Assembly: GCA_951406725.2 (NCBI GenBank)
Contig: OX597828.1
Location: 8,308,001-8,372,000, forward strand
Length of the DNA stretch: 64,000 nt
DNA from: Octopus vulgaris
Lineage: Eukaryota
Direction: 5' to 3'
Shown: piece by piece, positions 1 to 11,699 of the stretch
Numbering within the stretch: the stretch's first letter is position 1
Layout: each line of letters begins with the position of its first letter
Position numbers and translations under genes: made by a program
Notes under the pieces: generated by a model
Seen by the model: only the letters and a program-made list of their open reading frames with translations
What the model was told of the DNA's origin: nothing
Databases searched by the model: none

Positions 1-59
1 GGATTTAGAAGTGTAATATGTTGTAGATGAAGCAAATATCTGCATAAGTAGAAAATATC

Positions 60-370
60 ACTGTTAAATCGCTACTTATGGAAACATTTAAATTCTCATT
101 TATAAACGGTGTACACAATAAAGAGATACACAGAAGAAAATATATTGGAACACGAGTCAATAAAACAATTTCCAGCAGACTAATGGATCCACCCATAGAC
201 TAATACAGAAAGGAAATCTGTGAAAAAGAAAAAAATATATGCACCCAACAAACTATTCGAATTAACGAGTCAGACATATGTGCATTACGCAAAAGAAATG
301 CATAGAATGTTTTTGAATGCATTCGCACAATGAAAACCTTCGTATCGCGAGGACAAAGTGTGTTGCATTA
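60..370 (+). mobile_element. Decayed Penelope-like element GIY-YIG endonuclease remnant
   Basis: Frameshifted translation gives LIYK...RRKYIG, resembling the GIY-YIG motif; Penelope-LTR-like hammerhead motifs lie nearby (521-566, 859-946). Confidence 0.3.
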
Positions 371-520
371 GAGCATACACTATGATAGGTAGAATACCGA
401 AATAATTAAACTTAAGATTAATGCAGTTCTATATTTTAGAGATGAGGAATTATGTACATTATTTACATTATTTATATTATTTACATTCGACGGATATTTG
501 CCCTCATCTTGTTTGTAGTT

Positions 521-566
521 AACACAACGTTTCGGCTGATATACCCTTCTGCCTTGTTCAGGTGTC
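521..566 (-). ncRNA. Degenerate minimal type I hammerhead ribozyme motif (Penelope-LTR type)
   Basis: Minus strand GACAC-CUGAACA-A-GGC...GCC-GAAA-CG-UU-GUGUU: stem I GACAC/GUGUU, stem II GGC/GCC, loopless palindromic stem III AACGUU; G8 changed to C. Confidence 0.5.
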
Positions 567-616
567 TTAGGGAAATTTCGAACCTGGGTTCTCATTCCTA
601 AGGTATTTTTCGATGT

Positions 617-627
617 TGTTATTATTA

Positions 628-680
<53 letters not shown>

Positions 681-712
681 GTTGTTGTTGTTGTTGTTGT
701 TGCTGTTGTTAT
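617..712. repeat. (TTA)n/(GTT)n microsatellite
   Basis: Direct reading of the trinucleotide arrays. Confidence 0.95.
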
Positions 713-779
713 TGTTCAGATTACTATTTGAAATCGAACTCGGAATGTTTGGGTTGTATGTATGTATGTATGTATCTAT

Positions 780-829
<50 letters not shown>

Positions 830-858
830 CAAAATAAGAAACAGGATATCGGGAACTG

Positions 859-946
859 ATGTAGTACGACCGTTTCAAGCGACTCCAGTCAATCGACTTA
901 CGCAATCATTATATCAATTTAAACGCAGTGCTATCATCAGCTGCAC
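859..946 (-). ncRNA. Type I hammerhead ribozyme candidate with intact core and extended stem II
   Basis: Minus strand GUGCAG-CUGAUGA-[57 nt, AGC/GCU paired]-GAAA-CG-GU-CG-UA-CUACAU; stem III ACG/CGU, GUA cleavage triplet, stem I with one C-A mismatch. Confidence 0.65.
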
Positions 947-1249
947 AAATAAATATAATTTTAACCAATTGGACACATTAATATAATTTTTCGCAAATAC
1001 TTTAATAGAACAAGAAAATGGAAGAAATTCATGTTGTCGCTATTGTAGCTAAGAGTAGACTATACTTCCAAGAATGGCATGAATGTCACTGGGGTAAGAG
1101 CTTTTAAAGGATTGTGGTTCAATTCTAATTCATTTGTCTTTTTATCAACTTATTTTGATTTTATTCTCCTGAGTGATTTGGTGTTTCTACTTACTCTGTT
1201 CTACCTGGGGATAAAGTTGTCAGTGTCTTTCAAGCGTTTAATAGTGTTC

Positions 1250-2050
1250 ATACCTTGAAAGGTGTCTACCTTGACAACACAAACACTAAAAACTGGCGAG
1301 GAGGGAGACCTTTTAACATGTTTAGGAAATAAATTGAGCACAAATTGCACACCATTGCCTGTCCATCAGAATGAAATTTCTTTTAGAACTGTTTTAAACA
1401 TCTTCATGGCAGTACCAAACCTTCAGTTATTTTCAGTGGTCCGTTGAGGAAACTCTGTGTAATTGATTACCAAGATCAGCCACAAGTGGAAGTCACCAAA
1501 CTCAGTGGCCCCCCTGGATGACATGGAATTTGATGAGGTGACACAGTAATGATCAGAGGCTTATTTTAGAGTATGTATTAGGAATTTCCAGGTGTAATGT
1601 CAACCCAAGGTTTCCTGCCTATGGAAATCCAGCGCCGTATCACTCTGTCAAGAGAGTTCCAATTTTATAGTGAAATAAAAATAAAATTTATTATTCTTCT
1701 TTCAAAAGTGGGAAGCCAGCCAAAAAGATGCTGAAGGAGATAACAAAATTGACCTCACATACTGGTCAGCATTAGTCAAACTTTCTCAAAGTGTAATCTG
1801 TGAGCCTGCTCTCGCAGAAGACTTTTCGAGTCAAGAAGGATTACTGAATAGCAACAAGCTTGAGCTTCCTGGTTTGCTTTCACATTCCCAGAGTGTTTAA
1901 AGGGCAGTGAAGCTGACATCTGAAGCTTTCCATACTGTATGACCCCTTCCCTTGTTTCTAAGGGCTCCTACAGTGAACATTATGATGATTTTGGCATCTA
2001 AATTTGTCTTATTTGACTCTATAGAGTTCTTACTCGTTTCCAATAAAGGT
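1250..2050 (-). mobile_element. Highly decayed LTR-retrotransposon (Gypsy-like) pol remnant
   Basis: Higher-GC non-repetitive block; minus-strand peptides such as HLWLILVINYTEFP resemble the integrase WLILVDAYSKFP region; many stops and frameshifts. Confidence 0.35.
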
Positions 2051-2312
2051 GCAACATTTTTGTGCATTTTTCAAATGACAGTAACATGAGTTTTCGACTG
2101 AAAAGAGTAAAAAGGCGATGTTTTTTGTTACAGTATTTTGAAACATTTGAAAGTTTCCTGAAAAAAATGAGTAAAGCTGGGGAGATGGATTTTTTTTGTC
2201 AGTTATTATCATATTAAGCCCTTAGTATCTTGATTAGTCCAAAGTCATTAACTATAAAAGTATGGAAAATCAACCAGCCCTGATATAAATAGACAAGTAC
2301 AGAGACAAACAA

Positions 2313-2366
<54 letters not shown>

Positions 2367-3443
2367 GCATACATACATTTACATACATACATATATGTAT
2401 ACATATCTATTTTGTATATAAATGTAATATATGTATAGGCATGCAAATATATTTGCATATATTTATTCATAACTATACGTATATTATATTATACAGACAT
2501 GCGTATAATCAAATTAGATATATTAAATATAACAGTTTGGGTATGAAATACAAGGTAAGTATATAGGTATGCATGCAAAACTAGAGAAAGCAATAAGTGA
2601 TGACTTTCAGAAGATGAATATTTAAGTATATTTAAGATATTTAAGTATATTTATGTATAAATATATAGAAAATTATATTTATAGATCCAAAGTACAAGAA
2701 GTACAAACGACAGAGAAATTTAAAGGAGAGGAAGAAAGTCCAGTAATTGTTTCTGGGGGCTCGGAGTTTTATTATAATGTTGGTAGATGGAATTGATCAG
2801 AATTCGCGGCCGTAATGGAAGTAATCAACATAGGATAAATCGAGCCCCCGGAAAAAAGTACAAACATTGGTATTATATGTGTGTGTGTGTAAGTGTGTGT
2901 GTGTGTGTGAGCGTGTGCGTGTGTGTGTATATATGTAAGCAGAGAGAGAGTGAGAGAGAAAGATTTACAGAAGCGAAGAACATGGAAGGGATAAAGCGTG
3001 TGGGTAAAACTGAAAATGAAATTATAAAATGGCTTCCATGAAAAAGAGCACAGTGTGTTAGCGAGATTTAGAGTTTCTCACATCGTTCCTCTGCGCGTGT
3101 GTGCGTCTGTTAAAGAAAGAGAACTAAAGAGAGGGAGAGAGCAGAAGAGAAGAAACAGGAAGGTTCAGAGACGTACATAGGGAGAGAAAGAAAAAGAAAG
3201 CGTGAGAGTGAGAGGGAGAGAGAGATAAGAGAGAGACATAATTTGCAATGGGCGTTGGAAATGTGAACGCGACAGCAAAACTTTACGATTCGAAGAGAAG
3301 GCATTTCATTTGGCTCAAACATCTGTTTCTAATCACAGATGGATTATTTATGCTTGTAGAACAAAATATCCCAATATCCATTATAGTGCATGTACTTTTT
3401 TTACCCTCGTGAAATCCTTATCCCCAAATGTCTGCGTATATAC

Positions 3444-3493
<50 letters not shown>

Positions 3494-3514
3494 AGACACA
3501 CAAACCCCCACCCC

Positions 3515-3561
<47 letters not shown>

Positions 3562-3681
3562 ATGTGTATGTAGGAATGAAAATCAGGGTATAACATGCAC
3601 CTGTTTGCTAAAGAGAAGAATTAAAACTCTCCAAAGCCATGCATCTCTCATCATATGTAAACACGGATAGATAATGTATAT

Positions 3682-3752
<71 letters not shown>

Positions 3753-3832
3753 TATTTATACAAATATAGATGTACACATGAATATACATACATATACATA
3801 CGTATACATACATATACATATATATATATATG

Positions 3833-3894
<62 letters not shown>

Positions 3895-3952
3895 TAGATA
3901 GATAGATAGATAGATAGATAGTTTCTCCCTTTATACCAGTATGTGTGTGCGT

Positions 3953-3984
<32 letters not shown>

Positions 3985-4005
3985 ATAAAGAGAGAGTGAG
4001 AGAAA

Positions 4006-4340
4006 GGAGAGACCTCCTTTGGTTGCGTATGATCAAGGGATTGCTCTGTGAAAGTTCTCCTCCGAGGCACAACTCCGGGTAAAGTTGTTTACGGAAGAGC
4101 AGCAATCACCCATGCATACCTGCCTCCCCTCTACACGCCACCGATGTTATCCAAGCCAAAGGCAAAGTCCTATACAGTTTGGAGCCCGTGACGTCGCAAG
4201 CACATTTCTACAGCTGAGTGAACTGGAGCAACGTGAAATAAAGTGTGTTACTCTAGAACACAATACGCAGCCCTCTGCGGGTGCCGAACTTACTACCTAA
4301 CGATTGTGAGGACGATTCTCTAGACACTGAGCCATGCGCC
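4006..4340 (-). mobile_element. tRNA-derived SINE (family E) with RTE-like 3' tail
   Basis: Minus-strand head GGCGCATGGCTCAGTG (A box) and GTTCG (B box), followed by a SINE body and a GC-richer tail. Confidence 0.7.
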
Positions 4341-5280
4341 TTCATACACACGCAAACACACAGATACACACACACGCAGACTAACACAGACACACACAAA
4401 CGCACGTCTGTACATACATACACACATGCATACCTGTGTGCGTTCAATATAATGAAATATATTTCTTACCCTCTCTTTTTTCTCTCACGTTTTATACACG
4501 TATACAGCAATATATTTCTACACACACACACACACACACACACATACACACACACACATTCGTATATATACAGTTACGTATGCACTCATATTTATTTGAT
4601 TGTTTATGTACATCTGCATGTGTGTGTTTATGTAAGTGAGAATATGTGAGTATTTAAGCGTATACATACACTTACATGCATATTTACTTTCAAGCAAGTA
4701 TACTATGAGTTTACATTTTATGTGTAATTAGATACGACTATAAATAAATAGGTAGGAAATTTATTACAAAGGCAGACAAGCTGATAGAGAGATACATAAA
4801 TTTATAGTCAGAAGATACCACACATATATACATAGATATATATACATGACTAGAGTGTCGTTTTTTGCAGAAACATTTTCGTGTCTTAGCTGTCATTGGA
4901 GATAAAGTTTCCATAATAATATAAACACATGTGTACGAATTTAAATATATATTTATTGACTTAAATATTAGTAGAGTGCACCCGTTACTGATGTATAAAT
5001 CACAGTTTCTTATATGTTCTTATACCCATATATTTTTTGCTATATATTTCTCCTTTAGTTTTTCAGTGCGGGTGTGTAAGCGCCTATGCTTCCGACTGAT
5101 TGGGATTTACATACCGAGATAAATCAGACAAGCTGTCTCGTGTATACGGGTGTGTGAGTGTATGCAAACAAGTATGTCACTTTAAAGGTACAAATTCATA
5201 TATTCATCTAGAAATGTCTATGTGCGTGTGTGTGTCTTAAAAAATAAGGTTACAAAGGAATAAACGAACATTTTATGAAC

Positions 5281-5425
5281 TTCATTATGTTGCAGCTCTT
5301 TCTGTTAAGATGCAGTGGACTCATACTTGAATGGCTGTGTAACAACTTACAGCTTCTTCAAAGCTACTTCTTACAACTATGAATTCACTGCATCTTATAT
5401 TGGAAACAGCTGTAAGCTGATGAAT
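5281..5425. repeat. Imperfect inverted repeat with a Penelope-LTR-like GAAACAGCTGTA motif
   Basis: TAAGATGCAGTGGACTCATA pairs with TATGAATTCACTGCATCTTA; the outer ends TTCATTATGTTGCAGCT / AGCTGTAAGCTGATGAA also pair. Confidence 0.7.
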
Positions 5426-5516
5426 TTCAATCGTTTATTACTTTGTGATTTCATTTTCTTATTACCGCTCTCTACTCGAGTTCTACACCAGGTTATTTGT
5501 CCGCAATGCCTTAGTA

Positions 5517-5641
<125 letters not shown>

Positions 5642-5871
5642 GTACATGTGTGTGTACGTGCGTATTTCCGTCTTAATTCGCCTCGCGCTCGTAATAGACG
5701 AATCAGTTACTATGAGGAATTGTTTGTACTGAAACAGCTTGGAGTGTCTTTCAAAAGATACATAGTATGTTAATTATAAAACACAAGGCCTAAAACGAAT
5801 TTTTAGGTTGCTACACTGCAGAACGTTCATCTTAACCAGTGTGTGTGTGTTTGTGTGTGTGTGCATCCTTT

Positions 5872-6012
5872 CTTCTCTTACTTGTTTCAGTCATTTGACG
5901 ACGGCCATGCTGGAGCACCACATAAAAGGGTTATTGTCAAAGAAAACGAACCCAGGACGTATTCTTTGTAAGCCTAGTACTTATTCTATCGGTTTCCTGC
6001 ACCGAATCTCCT
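5872..6012 (-). mobile_element. SINE family A 3' fragment
   Basis: Reverse complement of the CTCCAGCATGGCCG..AAATGACTGAAACAAGTAA tail seen at 8180-8220. Confidence 0.8.
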
Positions 6013-6293
6013 AGTTACATATAAGATAAAGAACATAACTAGTTATAAGAGTTAAAATCCTCAAATAAGCCATTAATCACACAGAAAAACACAACGGACC
6101 AGCAGAAATCATGAAAACGAGCAAAAATTTGAAAAACTCAGCTTAAAGCTGGTACATCCTGTAGCTTCTATTATAATTATAATTCTATTGTATAGCAATT
6201 TAACGCTATAATTGCTTGCTGACCATTAATATTGTTATCGCTGTTGTTGTTATCACTGATTTATATTTAGTGCTGCTTAAAAAAATAATAACG

Positions 6294-6850
6294 CCTTGAT
6301 GCAGTACTAGGTAGTGGCTCTCATGGCTTCTGATCTTAACTGATTGGAAATGTTATCTTGTACATTGTTTGTTTTGTTATAAAAGATGGCCTACAGTAAA
6401 TATCCTGCTCAATACAACAGATGTGCTTGGCAGTTGCTTCACCTTAACCAGTTGAGCAGGTCCATTAGTGACTGATAATGTGTGCATATCTGATCGCAAG
6501 CAGAAATAGTGGGGTGACCATTAGAGTCATGTGTTGAGAGGAATCCTTTGCGGTTTGAATAATTCACCTCTGGAAACGTGAGTGTTGTGTTCATCATCCT
6601 AAAACAAACCTTATTCAGGGACATTTTGAGCGGGATGGGCTACTCAACCTGAGAAAATTGTAACTGGGCCCCATCTGCAAGTATATCTTGATATGAGAAC
6701 ACTATGTCGTGCACATATAGTTATGATGCATGTGCATGATGTACCCTTATCAGATGGCTTGTCATGATGCGTATGCTGGGCTTCGTATATTTGTAACCCA
6801 GTGGCACTTTCATTGCATGCGCTGCTCTCTCACTCAATCATAATAATAAT
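6294..6850 (+). mobile_element. ~550-bp non-coding interspersed repeat (family F) ending in (AAT)n
   Basis: Collinear with 18047-18595, 21950-22425 and 37218-37685 (minus). Confidence 0.85.
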
Positions 6851-6883
6851 ACCTATATGGACATTCATTTCAATATTTACTTA

Positions 6884-6960
<77 letters not shown>

Positions 6961-6963
<3 letters not shown>

Positions 6964-7800
6964 CTTGACCGACCAGTCCGTCAGGCGTCCATTTGACACC
7001 GCTGGTCACAGCACGCTGTCCACTCCTCTCTCGATCGCGCCTTTCTCATCCACGTGATCCCAATCGTCCTCCTGAAATCGCAACTCCACCGTCGTGGAGG
7101 TCTTCCGGGTGGTTTTTTCCGCTCACGCGTGTACCACTCGACAACTGCGTGCGTCCACCGATTATCGGTGAGCCGGGCGACGTGTCCAGCCCATCTATAC
7201 TTGCTGCGTGTATACTCTGCGATGACATCTCTCACGCCGGACTTCTTCCTGATGATCTATGTGCTCTCTCAACGAGATACCAAGCTTTGACCTTTCCATG
7301 GCTCTTTGAGCCGTTACTAGTCTTTGCTCTTCTCTCTTTGTGGTAGCCCATGTTTCACTACCATATAACATTGCAGGCAGAACTGCACTGTTAATGAGGT
7401 TGGAGCGGGTGGTCCTGTCCAACCTTCCCTTGAGCACATCCCTTATGCCATTGAACGCCTTCCATCCGGCCCTTACTCTCCGTGAGATCTCCTTTTTGAT
7501 ATCCCGGCACATATTTACTTCCTGTCCCAGGTAGACATATTCCCTCACCTCCTCTATTTCATCAATGCCGATCACCATTCGACCTGTTGGTACATCGTCT
7601 GACCGCATGTACTTTGTTTTCATGCGGTTCATCTTGAGATATACTGCATCGACTGGCAAGGTGGTATCAACATCAATGGCGAGCTCCTCACTCACCTCCG
7701 CTTCGTTGACGATATCGTACTCATCGCTGAAAACATGGATCAGCTTCAGACCATGCTGACGGAGCTCGACATCAAAAGTTCTGCAGTAGGTCTCAAGATA
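6961..7800 (-). mobile_element. 5'-truncated RTE-clade LINE with inverted 5' segment
   Basis: Minus 6981-7639 encodes the RT C-terminus (LKMNRMKTKYM, EYVYLGQ, EISRRVRAGW, LYGSETW, RWAGHVAR, GRPPRRW); plus 7645-7800 encodes the upstream GININGELLTHLRFVDDIVL...SAVGLK; flanked by (TA)n. Confidence 0.92.
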
Positions 7801-7830
7801 TATCTATATATATATATATATATACATATT

Positions 7831-8239
7831 AGGAGTGGATGTGTGGCATGTAGCTTGCTAACCAACCACATGGTTCCGGGTTCAGTCCCACTGCGTGGCA
7901 TCTTGGGCAAGTGTCTTCTGCTATAGCCTCGGGCCGACCATTGCCTTGTGAGTGGATTTGGTAGACGGAAACTGAAAGAAGCCTGCCGTATATATGTATA
8001 TATATATATAAGTGTGTATGTTTGTGTGTCTGTGTTTGTCCCCCTAGCATTGCTTGACAACCGATGCTGGTGTGTTTACGTCCCCGTCACTTAGCGGTTC
8101 GGCAAAAGAGACCGATAGAATAAGTACTGGGGTTACAAAGAATAAGTCCCGGGGTCGATTTGCTCGACTAAAGGCGGTGCTCCAGCATGGCCGCAGTCAA
8201 ATGACTGAAACAAGTAAAAGAGTAAAAAGAGAGTAAAGA

Positions 8240-8240
<1 letters not shown>
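7831..8240 (+). mobile_element. tRNA-derived CORE-like SINE (family A), near full length
   Basis: tRNA-like head with GGTTCAGTCCC B box, MIR/CORE-like CTTGGGCAAGT, internal TA/TG repeat, AAAAGAGT tail; near-identical copy at 21494. Confidence 0.9.
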
Positions 8241-8275
<35 letters not shown>

Positions 8276-8459
8276 ATTCATGGGGTGGAGTTAATGTTTA
8301 TTCATTGTTAATTAACTCAGGCCACACCGAACTTCATTGCACGGTTTCGTATCGAAGGTGAAGTTTCATACATGATTGGTTAGTAGCCAGATCCCATGTC
8401 TTCCGAGTCATGTAACGTTGACCAAAAATGCTTTTTAGGATCGACCATTCGTTGACATG

Positions 8460-8900
8460 ATGCCACATGTATTTATTATGCCATTGGAAACAGTGCGCAA
8501 TTATGTTTAAAGCAACCTTCTAGGAAAGATAACCACGACTCAACTATACCTGATGTAGTAACTACGAACATGACAGTATTTTAGAGCTATATATGGGAAC
8601 CATATAATAAACACGGTGATTATAAAATTCTACGACATCAAATATGTTGACTGAAGAAATATTTGGAGCCTCTCTAATGGAGCAAAAATCAAATATTACT
8701 TGAAACCAGAGATGTTCTTTTGTTAAGCCACACGAGTAAATATATTTAGCCCTTTCAACGCGTTTAGCTTTTAACTGTGAACAAAACGCGTATAACCAGA
8801 ATAATACAGGATAAATAGATTACATCTCTCTGCCGGAAGTTTACCAACTCACAAACCAGATGAAATCAACAGGAAGCCCACAGCATGTCATCTCAATGTT
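8460..8900 (+). mobile_element. Decayed Penelope-like GIY-YIG region
   Basis: Fragmented peptides CPL..C..MFKAT, YMG, NIWSL, IKYYLK, TSLCRK resemble a Penelope endonuclease and its downstream region. Confidence 0.3.
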
Positions 8901-9016
8901 GCTGTATCATCCGAAAGTACCGGAACTCTCTCTACGGAACATCGTCGGTAATAATTACATTCGAGCAGGAAGATCTCCGTAATGAACTATGAATTTGTTG
9001 CACACACACACACACG

Positions 9017-9076
<60 letters not shown>

Positions 9077-9205
9077 CACACACATGCACACACACACGCA
9101 CACAAGACGTTGTCGTGTATGGATGGTAAGAGGATTTTCTCTCGAAAACATGGTTCCATAATCTGACCAATTACGTGAAACTTAGGGAAAATGTCGATTA
9201 CGAAA

Positions 9206-9277
9206 GCTCTAGGCCGACCAAAGATTGTGAGTAGGTATGGTAGATGGAAACTGAAAGAAGTTCAGCGGCTATCTATA

Positions 9278-9352
<75 letters not shown>

Positions 9353-9490
9353 ATCTGACTTGGTATTTCTACCCCCATGCAACTTGATAACCGGTATCTG
9401 TTAGTTTACATCCTGTGTTCAGCACAAGAGAGATAGAATACGTGCCAGATTTAGAAATGATTACTGGTGTGGATTCGTTCAGTTTTTCAA
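9206..9490 (+). mobile_element. Degenerate SINE family A with internal (TATC)n
   Basis: GGCCGACCAAAG..GGTAGATGGAAACTGAAAGAAG and CTTGATAACCG match family A halves. Confidence 0.7.
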
Positions 9491-9517
9491 GTTGGTAAAT
9501 ATATGTATGTATGTATT

Positions 9518-9580
<63 letters not shown>

Positions 9581-9582
<2 letters not shown>

Positions 9583-9826
9583 TAAAAAAAGAAAATACGC
9601 ATACTTACATAGTTTTATTATATTTTTTAAAAAATTATCGTCCGGTTTCGCTATCGCTATTCATGATATTATGTTTTACACACAACATGGACAAGATTTC
9701 TTCTTAAGTAAAAATATATATTCAAATAAGTAAAACCTAATATCATGAATAGCGATAGTGAAACCGGTCGATATATTACAAATTATATTAAAACTATGTA
9801 AGTGTGCGTATTTTCCTTTTTTTAAT
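9581..9826. repeat. ~100-bp-arm inverted repeat, each arm carrying a hammerhead-like motif
   Basis: Arm 9581-9679 is the imperfect reverse complement of 9730-9826; 50-nt spacer; flanked by (TA)n. Confidence 0.9.
9740..9774 (+). ncRNA. Minimal type I hammerhead variant with A3-U8 core
   Basis: AUAUC-AUGAAUA-GC-GAUA-GU-GAAA-CCGG-UC-GAUAU: stem I AUAUC/GAUAU, palindromic stem III ACCGGU, GUC triplet. Confidence 0.55.
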
Positions 9827-9881
9827 TTCTTATATATATTACAACTCACCAAGTAGGGATAATCGAAATTCCTCTTTTCTG

Positions 9882-9937
<56 letters not shown>

Positions 9938-9939
9938 TA

Positions 9940-9986
<47 letters not shown>

Positions 9987-10665
9987 TAATTGTATATATA
10001 TATATATATATATAGATTCTATGTCATAGTTGTTTGCTTTTAATAAATAAACACTATTAGAAAAGATAGGAAGTTAGGGTTATGTTTTGGGGAGTTTAAT
10101 GTTTAGAATTGTTCTCTTAATATGCTAGAAAAGGAAAAATTAAACGAAGGGTTGGAAAAGAACTATAAAACTAATATACAATGGAATGAAGAATAAAAAA
10201 TAGTAGATTATAAGGGAACATGTATTTAGGTATATGTTATACAATATGTTTGTAATCATTAATTATTAGCAATATAAATATATAAATGGAGATTATTCGG
10301 TTGTAAGAAGGAATAGAGTATTACGTAATATGAAGAAAAATAGATTATCTATATTTATGCATTATGGTCAATAGGTTACTAAAATACATTAGATCTATTT
10401 TGTACGAACGCTGGATTTGATATTTAAATTCAAAATTAACCAAACGAATATGAATTATATGATAATTTACTATACTGTTCATCAGTAAGAAAGAAATAAC
10501 GGATATACAATAAATGTATAGATAAGGGGATGTTATTTATATTATGTATATACGTTATTATGCTGCGTTGTGATTTAGTAATTCGGAACAAATTACCAGT
10601 AACCGTAGAATGCAAGACCCAAATTGCAAGTTCCTTAACTTGAATTGAGTATTCCCGTTATTCGT

Positions 10666-10697
<32 letters not shown>

Positions 10698-10867
10698 CAT
10701 TTACATATACGTGTGTGCTAGCTTGCATTTGTGTATGTGTATGTATATGCATATAAATATTATCTATCTATCATCTATCTATCTTTCTATCTATTTATCT
10801 ATCTACCTATCTGAATTGCATGATAGATCGCTAGCCACTACACATTCTTTATTTTCTTTCTGTGTTA

Positions 10868-10904
10868 CTTTCTGTGGAAAGAGCGTATGCTCGAAACGTT
10901 AAAG
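10868..10904 (+). ncRNA. Degenerate hammerhead-like motif (Penelope-LTR type)
   Basis: CUUU-CUGUGGAAA-GAGC-GUAU-GCUC-GAAA-CG-UU-AAAG; stems I and II pair, but A6 is changed to U. Confidence 0.45.
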
Positions 10905-11064
10905 ACATTTTCACTCCCCGGGTGTTATACTAATACATCTGTTTGTTGTCTATACCACCTGTTTTCGTCTTTTGTTTTTTTTTTTGTATGAGAATTCTCC
11001 CTACATATATATATACTACTCTACATCTTAGAATGTGCTTCTTTCTTCGGATTTATGTTTGCTA

Positions 11065-11124
<60 letters not shown>

Positions 11125-11699
11125 GCATATATGTACAGATATATAAACGTATGCATAATTGCATACGTTACACAGCCCATGATTTCATCATTCTAATGGT
11201 ATATTCATTTTCCATCGATCCTATTAAATCCTGGTAATTATGTTATTGTAACTCAGCCTGTCTATTTTATCCAAACAAAACCAGTTGTTATACTAGTTAC
11301 ACCAGCAATCAGGCTGTCCGAACTAATGCTGGTATTTTTTTGTCATTTGCTTAATCCTACCCCACACATATATGCATATACGCGTAGGGAACGCAAACAC
11401 ATATATAGATATATTGTATACGTATATTTCATATATGTGCTCGCGCAAACACTCAGACACATATATTCACACAGATAATCATGCATTCGTACCGTTATGC
11501 ATTCTTTATGTGTCTGATTTTATATATTCTCCTTTAAAATATATACATGATATTGAAGTTAATTGTAGATAAGTAAGAAAAACTATTCTACGCAGATACA
11601 ATGAACGTGGCGTATTGTCTGTTATTCAACGATTTGGAATTCAGTACAGAAACTCATCTTCACAAAATATGTTTTTATATCAAAGTTATAAACATTTAT

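Noticed and set aside
10400-10495. Minus-strand CUGAUGA near 10480
   Set aside because: No properly placed GAAA, stem III or NUH could be found.
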